A stretch of 64,000 bases of DNA from Podarcis bocagei (taxonomy: Eukaryota). Under the pieces are notes generated by a model. It saw only the letters and a list, made by a program, of their open reading frames with translations. It did no database searches and was not told where the DNA came from. The DNA is taken from the NCBI GenBank assembly GCA_964188305.1, contig OZ076886.1. The stretch is one strand, 5' to 3'. Below are positions 27,563-38,943 of the stretch, piece by piece (the first letter of the stretch is position 1; every line of letters starts with the position of its first letter). The position numbers were made by a program, and so were the translations under genes.

Positions 27563-28374
27563 CTGGAAAAATGAATGAAGACATATATTCAGATGCGTGT
27601 TTTCTGCCTTCTGCTCATTGTTAATTCAAGATTTGCTAGTGCCTACAGATATAAAATAAGGGTGGGGAACCTCAACCCCTTAGGTCTTTCTTGGTCCACC
27701 AGGCCCATGAGGCTGTTTTGGGCAGGCCACGCCCATCTGCCCTACATTTGTATGACATCAGATAATGGCAGAGCTTGGACAAAGCCCCCTTGTGCAACTT
27801 CCCAAGTACAACAGCTGTTTCACTGAAACAAAGGAAATAAACTTGCTTTTAGCAGCACTTTGCTGCCTAGATGCTTTGAAGTTCCAGTTTCACAACTTCA
27901 GAGCACCAAATCTCCTGATGTCGTTTGTAACATCAGGTGATTGACAGGTGGGGGGCCTCACCGACTTGTCGCATTTGGCCTGTGAGGCAGATCCTGATAC
28001 ATATCTGGTGTGTGCAGCCAAGACAGGTTCTGCTTCCCTGGAAAGGATCTTTGTCAGAATTGGTAACAGGTTTGGAAGTCAAAAATTAGGAAGAAGGGCC
28101 AATAATGAAGAAAAAGAGTCAAATGCACAAACCTAAAACCTATAAAGTTGTTTGGAACAGTATATTCCCTGCCTGAAACATCTGAATATGGCCTCTGCTG
28201 TTGTGATGTTAGGTTGCATTAGTTAAAAGCAAGATCTCAGTGATTTTAAAAGTCAAGTCAATGGTAGTGTAGTAGGTGAACATAGTCTAAAGTCATGGTA
28301 TTTGTGCAAGCATTGTTTCCAACATTTAGAAAAACTAATGATTTTTGGTACCATCACACTAGATATTTACTTAC

Positions 28375-28497
28375 CAAGAGTATCTTTAATAAGTACATCA
28401 AGCTTCTGACCCATATTGGCTACTCTGTCATCTTTGGGACTCTGCACTCTGTTCACAATTTCTTGTTTGATAGAGTTGATCACAAACAGCAAGTTAT
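28375..28497 (-). CDS. CREBRF: CREBRF exon 8 (DNLLFVINSIKQEIV...LIKDTL)
   Basis: 123 nt, AG/GT boundaries. Confidence 0.95.
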
Positions 28498-29029
28498 CTG
28501 CAAGAAGAGACCAGGCAACAATGTAAGTCTACTGGAATGCACCCTTTGGGGAAGGAAGAATACACCTCCCTATTTATTCATTTAACATCTGCTATAATGC
28601 CCATTTAATTTTCAAGTCCATTTGAAATAACTAATACAAACACAACAATAAAAAGTGACGCTTAACATAGAACAGAGGGGGAAGCCTGAGAAAATAAAAA
28701 ATGCACTTAAAAGGTATTAATGTAAGCCACAGCTAAACCTCCCTGGGAAAATTACACAAGCAAGGTGCTATGGCTAAAAAGGCCTTGAGTTGCCATGACA
28801 AAAAAGTAGCTAATCAATTTACTAATAATAAAAAACAGATGATACTATTTTCTGTGGAGACAATGACCTGTCCGTTATATATTTGGACCATCAGATTTCA
28901 AGCCTCATGAGCTGAGGCTGCAAGTAGACCCTTATGGCCTCCTATCTCCAGACAGCATGCTCACACAAAGCAACAAAGGAAGTTATTTCAAGTTTGCTAA
29001 TTAAGTCTTTTTCTGTTTTAAAGGCTTAC

Positions 29030-29103
29030 CATATTCAGTGTTGAGACCCCACAGTTTCACCTTGTTGGCTTCATACTGGGCTTTCTTTTTAAGTCGGCAA
29101 GCT
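29030..29103 (-). CDS. CREBRF: CREBRF exon 7 (ACRLKKKAQYEANKVKLWGLNTEY)
   Basis: 74 nt, AG/GT boundaries, bZIP continuation. Confidence 0.96.
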
Positions 29104-29659
29104 CTGTGATAACGGAAGGCAAAAAAGAAGCTTAGAATATCCATCTAGTTGTCTTAGAGCATACCTGATGTTACTGTACTGGCAGTCATCAATGCTATAC
29201 AGGTGCCCCTATCCCCACCCCACCTACGTGCACCCCATTCACATGGGTTACCGCTAAATAAATAAATAGCCATTCTCTCACTCAGGCTTGCTGCCCAGAA
29301 GTCACCTGGGGCTGCTGCCTGAACGAGAGAAGGCGGCCTCTGATGGACCAGCAGCACAGGGCAGGAGACGCCTTCTCCCTGCCCCCATCCTGACACCAGT
29401 TCTCCTGGGCACCTTTATTGGCCATCGCCCTCCGTGGCCAGTCGCTGCAACCACATGCACTGGCTCTCCTCAGGAAAACAGGCAGGCAGGCTGGCTTGGG
29501 GCAAGCCGGTCAGCAGCCTCCACCTATTTCCATTTCCCACATGCTCTCCCTATTAAAGTGGGGTACTCCCCACTTTACGCAATTTCCCTTATGCGCATGG
29601 GGGCATGAAGCATAAGCCGTTGGGGGGGGGGAAGGACACAAATAATAGCTTAGATCTTA

Positions 29660-29930
29660 CAGTGGTGCCTCGCAAGACGAAATTAATCCGTTCCGCGAGT
29701 CTCTTCGTCTTGCGGTTTTTTCGTCTTGCGAACCACGGCTATTAGCGGCTTAGCGGCTATTAACGGCTTTAAGAAAAAGGAAACAAACTCGCAAGAACTC
29801 GCAAGACGTTTCGTCTAGCGAAGCAAGCCCATAGGGAAATTCGTCTTGCGGAACGACTCAAAAAACGGAAAACTCTTTCGTCTTGCGCGTTTTTAGTCTT
29901 GCGAGGCATTCGTCTTGCGAGGTACCACTG
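29660..29930. mobile_element. Tc1/mariner MITE with GTCTTGCG subterminal repeats
   Basis: TIR CAGTGGT(G/A)CCTCGCAAGACGAA, TA TSD, CpGs well preserved. Confidence 0.92.
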
Positions 29931-30269
29931 TATAATCTAATAGTCAAGATACTGAACGATAATTCCCAACACTCATTAAGCCTTGACTGATAACACTACC
30001 ATAGTCTTATGCAGATGTTTATTGCAAAGTATGACAACTTTTAGGCTTAAATAGCATAGCTTAGTGTGAAGCCATTTGTGTAGGCTGGACATATTACACC
30101 ATCATAATCAAATATGCCTCAAACATACAACAAAAGCAGGAATGGGGAGAGAAAAACAACCACGTGCTTCAGCACAACCTACTTTTTGCAGTACAATACT
30201 AGCCTGCAAATGCTTGTCAAAACAGAAGAATCCACTCACCTTGGCATGTAATAATCTTAACTGCTAGTG

Positions 30270-30284
30270 ATATTATTATTATTA

Positions 30285-30330
<46 letters not shown>
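30270..30330. repeat. (TTA)n microsatellite next to the CREBRF exon 6 donor
   Basis: Direct reading. Confidence 0.95.
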
Positions 30331-30331
<1 letters not shown>

Positions 30332-30341
30332 GCCGCCTTAC

Positions 30342-30531
30342 CTGGAAGCTAGCTTGTTTTTTTCTTTCCTTGACCTTGGTCTAGCTGTTAAAGGAAGTTC
30401 GCTGACTGGAGTCAAATCACTGATCACTTTATTTAGCTTTCTCAATTCATTCCCAATCTGTAGCAGTTTTTTAGGGTTAGGTGTCAGATCTTCTACATCT
30501 GTCCTCCGTGACTTCTTAACAGCATATTTCC
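30342..30531 (-). CDS. CREBRF: CREBRF exon 6 (KYAVKKSRR...[10 protein letters not shown]; bZIP basic region)
   Basis: 190 nt, AG/GT boundaries, phase consistent. Confidence 0.96.
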
Positions 30532-30771
30532 CTATGCAAATATATACAAAAGCAGGTTATCTGATGGGTTGCTAGAATACTGTGAATTACATTCAAATTT
30601 TAGAAATAGTTTTTATCCTACAACCTCCCATGGCACTGTTATGATTATTACCCAGTACAATATATAATCAATTATACAACTGGAAGGCAAAAAAAAAAAA
30701 ATTATGACAAGCTTCTTGAAAGCTGCATATGCACCTGAAAGCAACAACATTTGTTAAGGAACTGCTCTTAC

Positions 30772-30966
30772 CATGATGTAATCCATTCTTCTGATACATG
30801 TTACTTGGTAGTGTATCTCGATTCCATTCTGAAGGCCTTAACATTCTCTCCTGTTGTGATGGTGTTAGTTGCTCACTATATTCCCAGAAGTATCTTCGCT
30901 TCCCTCTTTTTCGACAAGATATTGCGGTCATTTCTTTCAAGTCTTCCACAGAATCATTCTCATACC
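30772..30966 (-). CDS. CREBRF: CREBRF exon 5 (GYENDSVED...RKRGKRRYFWEY...NGLHHG)
   Basis: 195 nt, phase 1/1, AG/GT boundaries. Confidence 0.97.
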
Positions 30967-31398
30967 CTAAGAAAGGCATAAAAAGTTGCAGTTCAGCAGT
31001 CTCCCCCTTCACCACAGCAATAGGGGCAGAAAAAAGGTTGCCCAAGCCTGCATTAAATGGCTCTAAAGCATTCCATTTAAACTCACCCAATGAGACCATC
31101 CTAGTTATTTCTAAACAAGATTCTGAAGCTTGAAAAGAGGACTAGGAAGACAACCGTGCAGCATTCTAAACTCTGCATCCTTCTGCCACATTAGTCAAAG
31201 GCATACTCAGCCGAAAAACAGATTCTCTACATGGACATGGGAACTGCCTCTAGAGTTATGAATGAAAAATAATTCACAACTCTTCCACTAACAAAAGTGT
31301 TATGTGGGTCATCAGCCTTGCCAACATACCCATTCAAAATTCCCCCCCCCCCCAATACCTGCAGCAGACCTAGCTCTAGATTACAAGCTTAAAATTAC

Positions 31399-32473
31399 CT
31401 GGTTCAGAGAAAGTATCACTGATGTCATCATCTTTGTCATCCTCGTAATCTTCCTCCTCATCCTCGTTTTCAGAGAGTTCATGCTCACTTCCGAAACCTT
31501 CATCGTGATCTTCATCCTCCACCTCTTCTTCTTCTTCTTCCTCCTCCTCCTCCTCTGGATCAGCTTTGCCTGCACCGGCCTGCTCACCCAAACTGTCCGT
31601 GACAAAGAGGGAATAGTTGTGTTCTTCCTTCTTCTGTGAAGGATCTGAAACAGAGGTGCTGGCAGAGAGGCTGTTCTCCTCAGCAACTATTCCTGGAGTT
31701 TCTTGAGGTGGAGTGAGGAGCAGAGCCTGAGTCTCTTTAAAAGGCAACACTGGACTGTGACTCTGAAGGGAATCATTCCCTTTCCGCTCTTGTTTCTTTG
31801 CTACAGCTCCACAGTAGCAGGTGTTTTCTTTTGCAGCATCAGCGTTCGCCTGGCTCATGGAAGACCTGCTCTGCGGTACTGGATTTATCTTTACTTTTGC
31901 CTTTTTAACATAATCTTTGCATTCAACATGCATGTTCACTTTCTCATTATTGTACATGTTGGTCTTCACCATGATTTGTGTGCTTGAATTGGGTTTGCCT
32001 CCTTTCAGGGCAGATTCTGATAAAGGTGCCTCAGCCTGGCCCGTCTTGGATGAACAAACGGGGGCTGCTGCTCTGGTTGCAATCTTCTTCGTTGGCAAAG
32101 AGGTTAACTGGGTTTGCTTTACACTGAACAGCAATTCTGGGTAGCACAGTGAATCTGAGACAGGCTGAGAGTCCTCACTGTTGAGCTGAGCCAGAGTTGG
32201 AGTTTTACTTATCACCTCTTCATCCTGGTACGGGCTTGAAAAGTCATCAAGGCCCAAATAGTCCACCTCTTTTGTTCCCCAGATGTCACAGCTGGTTAGT
32301 TTGGTGTACTTTGTCAAATCTTCACAGTACGTGTCCCACTGCTCCCAATTTGCGGGGAAAGAGGTTTCCGTATCCAGAATGTCTGTAAAGGACTCCAGGT
32401 TCTCAAGATCTTTACAGTCCTCTACAGAAAGGAGGTTATCCCTGGAACTCTGCTGGTAATCCATTTCTCTGTC
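31399..32473 (-). CDS. CREBRF: CREBRF exon 4 (DREMDYQQ...acidic region...DTFSEPG)
   Basis: 1075 nt, overlaps the 362-aa ORF; WEQWDTYCEDLTKYTKL and EEHNYSLF motifs; AG/GT boundaries. Confidence 0.98.
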
Positions 32474-33496
32474 CTACAGTGGCAGATGTAAAAATGTCAG
32501 TAAATAATGGTAAATTACTTTTCTCTCTGGATTCACCCTCAAGCCACACCACAAAAAGCACTAGTTTGCTGGTCACATGCACCATACATACCTACAAAAG
32601 CTATTCATACCTCAAGGGACAATAGTTGCTATCCTAAAACATACTTACCAGGAAGTAAGCCTCACTGAACACAGTGGGAATTTCAAGAAAACATGCATAG
32701 GATTGTGCTGTCTGTCTGTCTGTCAGCTTTGAATCAAAGGGTTTTAAGAGGTCAGCAGTTCCCATGCCCAGTTCAATGAAAAGCCCATCAATTATAATTG
32801 CCTAGAAATAAGTGACTCATCTAGTTTAAGAGCGGAGTTAGTTGTCAGTGACACTGCTAAAATTAGGACAAGAGAGAAAGGGATCACTGATCTCACATTT
32901 CTAAAGCACAAAGCTGTATCATCTAGTCTGAAGAATTTAACTTAAGTGCATGAATAAAATACAAAATATCTTATTTGCTTTCTAACCACCTTCATTTGTA
33001 TTTAACTAATAGTCTTTGACAAGTTCTGTTCAGAAATATTGAAGGAATCAAGCACAATTAGCTTAAGGAAAAGATTTGAGCAGAGGCAGTTTCCAGATAC
33101 TTGTAAGTGCACTTACACTATGGACTCCCTGCCTATTGATAACAGGCAGGCACCTTCACTGTATCCTGTTTAGGCAAGTTTACCCAGATACCTAGCACAC
33201 TGATGTGTGTTTTAATCTGCTTTTAGTTCATTGCCGATTTTAATTTTTTGAATGTTTTAAATTCTTGTTTTTACTGATAATACTATCCTGCAACCATGTG
33301 TTTGGCCTTACGTAAGTGTAAATAGTACTAATAAAGCTCAAATGACAATAGTTTTAACTACTGAGTGTGGACTTTGGTTAAAGGCAAAGAAAAGCAGCCC
33401 GAATGGGAAAAAACCAGACTGGCAACAAGTTGCCAAGGGAGCTTGTGGCATTTTCTCACTTGGGGGATTTTTTCAGGAAGAAGAAGAAGAAGAAGA

Positions 33497-33850
33497 AATT
33501 ATTTATACCCCGCCCTCCCCAGCCAGGACCGGGCTCAGGGAGGCTAACATCAAAGTATGATACATTAAAAACATAAATCAAACAATCGATACAAATACAG
33601 CTTAAAATCAATTTTGGAGCAGAATAAAATCAGATGGCAACCCACAGATTATAACTATAGGAGATGGGAACACTGAGTCCTCACCAGGCCCAACAAGAGA
33701 TTCTACATGGGGCAGGACAAAGTGCTGGTTGTCTTCCAGCACTTTCTCTATTTCCCTCACTTTTAAAACGTCTTTTCTAACATCCAACCACTTCTGACTC
33801 CTCTTGGATGTAGCGATGTCAGCAATGCCTTGAAGTCCGCTCAAGCACAG
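33497..33850 (-). mobile_element. Unclassified LINE-like 3' fragment
   Basis: ATTTATACCCCGCCCTCCCC...GGGCTCAGGG end shared with squamate LINE tails, adjacent (GAA)n, short ORF remnant 33608-33844. Confidence 0.5.
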
Positions 33851-34081
33851 TTCTTTTTTTACTTCTTTCTTGGCCAGCTTTGTCAGCCTTTCATTGGCAA
33901 GAAGCCACTGTTGCTGGGCTCAGGAACTGAGGATTCCTCAATTAGTGATTAAATTTAATAGAGAAGCAAAGCACAGCAAGCTGGCCTTCAGTGCACAGGT
34001 TGCTGCAAGGCACACCCCTTCTCGTTTGAGAGAGGCTAAGCTGTGCTTTATGCAGTTCAGAGAAAAATACAAGCAACTTAC

Positions 34082-34207
34082 CACTTCATACATGAAATCT
34101 GGATCAGAACTGTTAGCCAACAGATCTGTGCTCATCAGAGTCTGTTCTGAAAACATGTGGTTTCGAAAGGCATCCCCAAAAGGAGGGTCCATTCCACTCA
34201 CACTAGG
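34082..34207 (-). CDS. CREBRF: CREBRF exon 3 (PSVSGMDPPFGDAF...DPDFMYEV)
   Basis: 126 nt, AG/GT boundaries, recognisable CREBRF N-terminus. Confidence 0.97.
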
Positions 34208-34466
34208 CTGCAACAGAATGTTAATAATTTGTAACACAAACAACCAGTTTGTAACAAAGAAACATTAAATCCTACTGGGCGATTGCTAGCATTTTCCTTT
34301 AATGTGGTACATATTCCATCTCTTCTTTAAATGGTAGCACCTTATTACAACAGTCACTCAGGAGCCACAGCTTGGGTTTAGCCAGTTTTAAAACATGTTC
34401 TGCATATTTGCTAAGCTAAACAAAAGAAAACTGGCTGGTGAACTATCCCTTTTCTCACTGCCTTTA

Positions 34467-34706
34467 CAGTGGTACCTCTGGTTGCGAACGGGATCCGTTC
34501 TGGAGGTCCGTTCACAACCTGAAAAGCCCGCAACCTGAAGTGCTGTATCTGCGCATGTTGTGCACATGCGCGAAGCGCGATTTAGCGCTACTTTGTATGC
34601 GCAAGCAGTGAAACCCGGAAGTAACCCTTTCCGGTACTACCGGGTCGCAGCGGGACGCAACCTGAAAAAATGTAACATGAAGCAAACATAACACGAGGTA
34701 TGACTG
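34467..34706. mobile_element. Tc1/mariner MITE
   Basis: CAGTGGTACCTC...GAGGTATGACTG, TA TSD. Confidence 0.85.
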
Positions 34707-35124
34707 TATATTAAGCAATTATCTGGAAATGTATATGCACAAAGGAAGGCCAATGCCTATGTTTCCCATACCTCTGTTCCCATTATATTGTCTTTGGCAT
34801 CCTGAATCAGATAATTGCTACATGCTAGATTCACATGTCATGGAAAAGCACAAGCAAGAAGTTCCTAAAGCACTCAACATTGGCTGTATCCAGTGGTGGC
34901 AAGGCTCCATCAGCAGAACAACGAGGCAGGAATTTCCAGCAATTCTCTTTCCTCTTGCTGTTCTCCTCCCCCCCCCCCAATCAACTCTCTGAAATAGAAA
35001 TTTGTTTCCTTCCCTATTCTGCTGAGATAAGCTCTACTGCCACCTCAAAACACATAAAGTCAAAACCTAAGAAAAATTTATTGACTTCTTATATCAGGTA
35101 AGCAAATATAATACTGGGTATTAC

Positions 35125-35133
35125 CTGAGGCAT
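35125..35133 (-). CDS. CREBRF: CREBRF exon 2 coding part (canonical start, MPQ)
   Basis: ggaaATGCCTCAG|gtaata, joins in frame to PSVSGMDPPF. Exon 5' boundary uncertain (candidate exon starts 35379, 35314, 35265). Confidence 0.92.
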
Positions 35134-35844
35134 TTCCAGGCCCAGATCCCCTAAGCCTAAGTCCAAACTTGTTGTTTTCTTTGCTTGCAAATTCCGTTCC
35201 AGCTTTTCTTCAGGGTCAATAGGCAACATATAACTCATGCAATGGAGATTCACAGATTTATTTTCCTAGAAAAAGCTTAGTGTCGACTACATGGAACTTT
35301 TCTCTGGGGACTTTCTGCATGAAATAAAACCAAAACCAAATATTCAGTTTGCATTGAAATGAAGATTGCTCGGTAATTTCTGAACAAAGAAAGTTTCCAC
35401 AACCTAATACCCATGAATCCTAATGTCAGAACTGAGCAAGTACACCAATTTCAGTTTGAACACTGTTTGTGAGATTTTTTTACATAGCATGATCTGAGTC
35501 CATGATTTTATGAAGTCCAAGAGGACAAGTTCCTGCCTTGAGGAGCTTGGGGAGGGACCTGCTCTCTTGGACTTCATAATTTCATCACAGGGGAGAAAGT
35601 AGATAAAACAGAAAAGGAAGATGTATTCAGAGCAATGAGAGAAGTGAATGATTTTGGCAGCAGAGCAAGGGCTAGAGCTGAGGGGACCACCAGAGAGGAG
35701 AGGGCATGAAAATCAGGAGTACTTGTTGAAGAGACACAGTGCAATGACTATATTTATGAAATGTTGAAATGGAGAATGACATGATTTGACAATGGGCTGA
35801 ATATGTGGACATATGAGGCAGTGGTGAGGGGGTTCCTGAGAATG

Positions 35845-36130
35845 ATCTTAATAGCTGGTGTTCCATTAAGTATCCCTGTTTCAAGCTTTTCGGAACTTTA
35901 AAGGTCGGTACTAGCACTGAGAATTGTGTTTGGAAACAAATCAGGTGGCAGTGCTGCTGTTTTAAGACCGGCCAGAAAGGTTCTATTCGCTTAGTCACGT
36001 TCTGTAATCTAGTTGATGTATTCTGAACCAACTGCAGTTTCCAAACAGTATTGAAAAGCAGCTCTATGTAGAACGCATTGCAGTAATCCAAACAGGATGT
36101 TACCGGGACATGGTTAACTGAGACTAGGCT
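35845..36130 (-). mobile_element. Degraded L2 LINE ORF2 fragment
   Basis: DYCNAFY...KLQLVQNTSTRL matches the L2 LDYCN...KLQLVQNAAARL motif. Confidence 0.8.
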
Positions 36131-37483
36131 TTTCAGAGAGCTACAAGCCTTATTTTAATATTACAAGGCATATTCTAGCATAGCATCTGTTTGTGCTCCC
36201 CCACACAAGATTTTAATATGTAATATTATTTTATAATGTGTGTTTATAAGACTGCTGTTATAGCTGGAAAAATTGTAGGTTAACTTGTTTTAACCTCTCG
36301 TATTATTGGAATGGTTAAGGTATATTTTCTACTGCATGTAAACTACTTTTTAATATTCAGTGGTAGTTAAATTCTATTTTTTATTAATTGCTAGTGTGCC
36401 AGAAGAAGGATATTAAAATGTTCATATAAATCCCAAAGTGTCCACTCACAGGAGACACTGATCAGGGTGGCTCTGCCTGATCGACTACTCAGGATTTCTC
36501 TTCTTCCAAGCAGCCTCTGCTGGCGACTATGTATTTTGCCCTACTCTGTATCAGGTGTGACCAAATTATCTCATAACTCCTGATACAGAAAGGCAGCAGA
36601 CTGCCTTCAGAGGTGGAACACCTAGAACAGTAACTCATACAGAACCATGAGGTAAGAATGGATAGTTTTTATTCTAACACCTTTTAAAGCCAAAAGCTTT
36701 TTGTATGAGGGTGAAGCATGCCTCAAAATTCAATTAAAAGGAAAGGAGACATGACTCAGGTATAGTAAGTGGTGTCTTAAGATGCATATGGAAGATAACT
36801 GACCAGCTTTGTGCTGCAGCAGGAATAATTGTCATTAATATGAGCTCAGTAAAACACTCAAAAAGCCACAATGCACCATAATCATGCCTGAACAAGGCAG
36901 AGTCCCAATGATGTCTTGCTTCCAATAAATCTACTTTTTTGACAACTATGCAATGGATTACCCATTTAAAGTTGAATAATAATACTTGTCCTAGAATTTC
37001 TAGCTACTCCAGCTTCCTTGCCACCCCTGAAACCTGATGTTTAAGCTTTTTGGCAGATCGCCTCAAGGCACCAACTGTGCAACCCTACAGCATACCACAA
37101 ACAGCAAGATTATGCAAAGGAACATCTATGGAATAACCCACTCAGCACCATGGCGCTTCACAATGGGTTGCTGTAATGAATTTGCTTGTTAGTTCAGAAG
37201 CAAAAGTCCCCAATTAAAATCAATTCACTGAAAAAAGTCCTCGAAGTTTCTTCTTTTTATATCCAGAAAGCTGGAGGTAAAGCAAATGACTGCCATAAAA
37301 CAACAAAAATCTTCTTCTGCTTGTTTAAGGATTGTATGTTCATAAATTAAAATTGGGATACCTATCATTCCAATATCCTGCCTCCATTCTACATGCCTCA
37401 TTATGCCTCTTTTCCTGAAAAAGCTAAATTTAGTACAGTATAAAAGATGCTGCAGATCAGCTTGAAAGCTCGTGAATACAGCA

Positions 37484-37681
37484 CAGTGGTACCTCGGGTT
37501 AAGAACTTAATTCGTTCTGGAGGTCCGTTCTTAACCTGAGGTACCACTTTAGCTAATGGGGCCACCCGCTGCCGCTGTGCAATTTCTGTTCTCAACCTGA
37601 AGCAAAGTTCTTAACCCGAGGTACTATTTCTGGATTAGCGAAGTCTGTAACCCGAAGTGTCTGTAACCCGAGGTACCACTG
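37484..37681. mobile_element. Tc1/mariner MITE
   Basis: TIR CAGTGGTACCTCGGGTTA; same subfamily as 19610 and 56005. Confidence 0.9.
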
Positions 37682-38291
37682 TACAAGAATTAAGTTTGGG
37701 TTCAAACTGGACCATGAGTCACACAGCAGCAGGCAGGCAAACAGAGTTGCACAAGACAGGCCTGGTTCTGACCACCACTTAAACTAGTTCCTTTAGTTGC
37801 AAAGTGGAGAACATTAGAAGAATGCTTTATCTGCATTTACTGGTTAAGAAAATAAAAGTCATGTATCTCTTACACCCAATTTATGTGAAAGAAAACTCCC
37901 CTGAAGCATTTTAATCCATGTGCCACCAGTATGATCATAGACCACAAGACTATAAAACAAACAAGAGCTCTAAAACTTGAAGCTATCTCCTCACACACAG
38001 CTTTCATTTTACAAACCTGCAGTCATTTCAAAAGCTTCTCTGGATTAACTTCCACTGTACAATTTAAATACTGCCTAAGGATCACAACTTGAGAGCACTG
38101 AGCACTCTATGCAATACTTTGAAACATAAGGAACAGGATTAAAGGAATGACTTCTAATGTGATACCTGGTGATTTATAATCTAGAACCACAAGAGCAGAA
38201 CTGTTTTACTGATATTTTAGAGAATCTTCTTCAATTTAAGCTTCTGCTAACGACAAAGCTCCACACTTTATGCAACAATCAAATTTGCTAC

Positions 38292-38943
38292 CCGGCCACT
38301 GGGCTCATCACCTCCTGGCAAATAGAAGGGGAAGAAATGGAGGCAGTGAGAGATTTTACTTTCTTGGGCTCCATGATCACTGCAGATGGTGACAGCAGTC
38401 ACAAAATTAAAAGACGCCTGCTTCTTGGGAGAAACGCGATGACAAACCTAGACAGCATCTTAAAAAGCAGTGACATCACCTTGCCGACAAAGGTCTGTAT
38501 AGTTAAAGCTATGGTTTTCCCAGTAGTGATGTATGGAAGTGAGAGCTGGACCATAAAGAAGGTTGATCACCAAAGAATTGATGCTTTTGAATTATGGTGT
38601 TGGAGGAGACTCTTGAGAGTCCCATGGACTGCAAGAAGATCAAACCTATCCATTCTTAAGGAAATCAGCCCTGAGTGCTCACTGGAAGGACAGATCGTGA
38701 AGCTGAGGCTCCAATACTTTGGCCACCTCACGAGAAGAGAAGACTCCCTGGAAAAGACCCTGATGCTGGGAAAGATTGAGGGCACAAGGAGAAGGGGACG
38801 ACAGAGGACGAGATGGTTGGACAGTGTTCTCGAAGCTACCAGCATGAGTTTGATCAAACTGCGGGAGGCAGTGGAAGACAGGAGTGCCTGGCATGCTCTG
38901 GTCCATGGGGTCACGAAGAGTCGGACACGACTAAACAACAACC
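38292..38943 (+). mobile_element. BovB (RTE clade) LINE, 5'-truncated 3' fragment, antisense in CREBRF intron 1
   Basis: FTFLGSMIT, VMYGSESWTIKK, IDAFELWCWRRLLRVPW and GRQRTRWLD motifs; AGAGTCGGACACGACT end with (CAA)n tail. Confidence 0.95.

Noticed and set aside
29660-29930. Short regularly recurring repeats resembling a CRISPR-like array
   Set aside because: Subterminal repeats of a TA-flanked MITE in eukaryotic DNA
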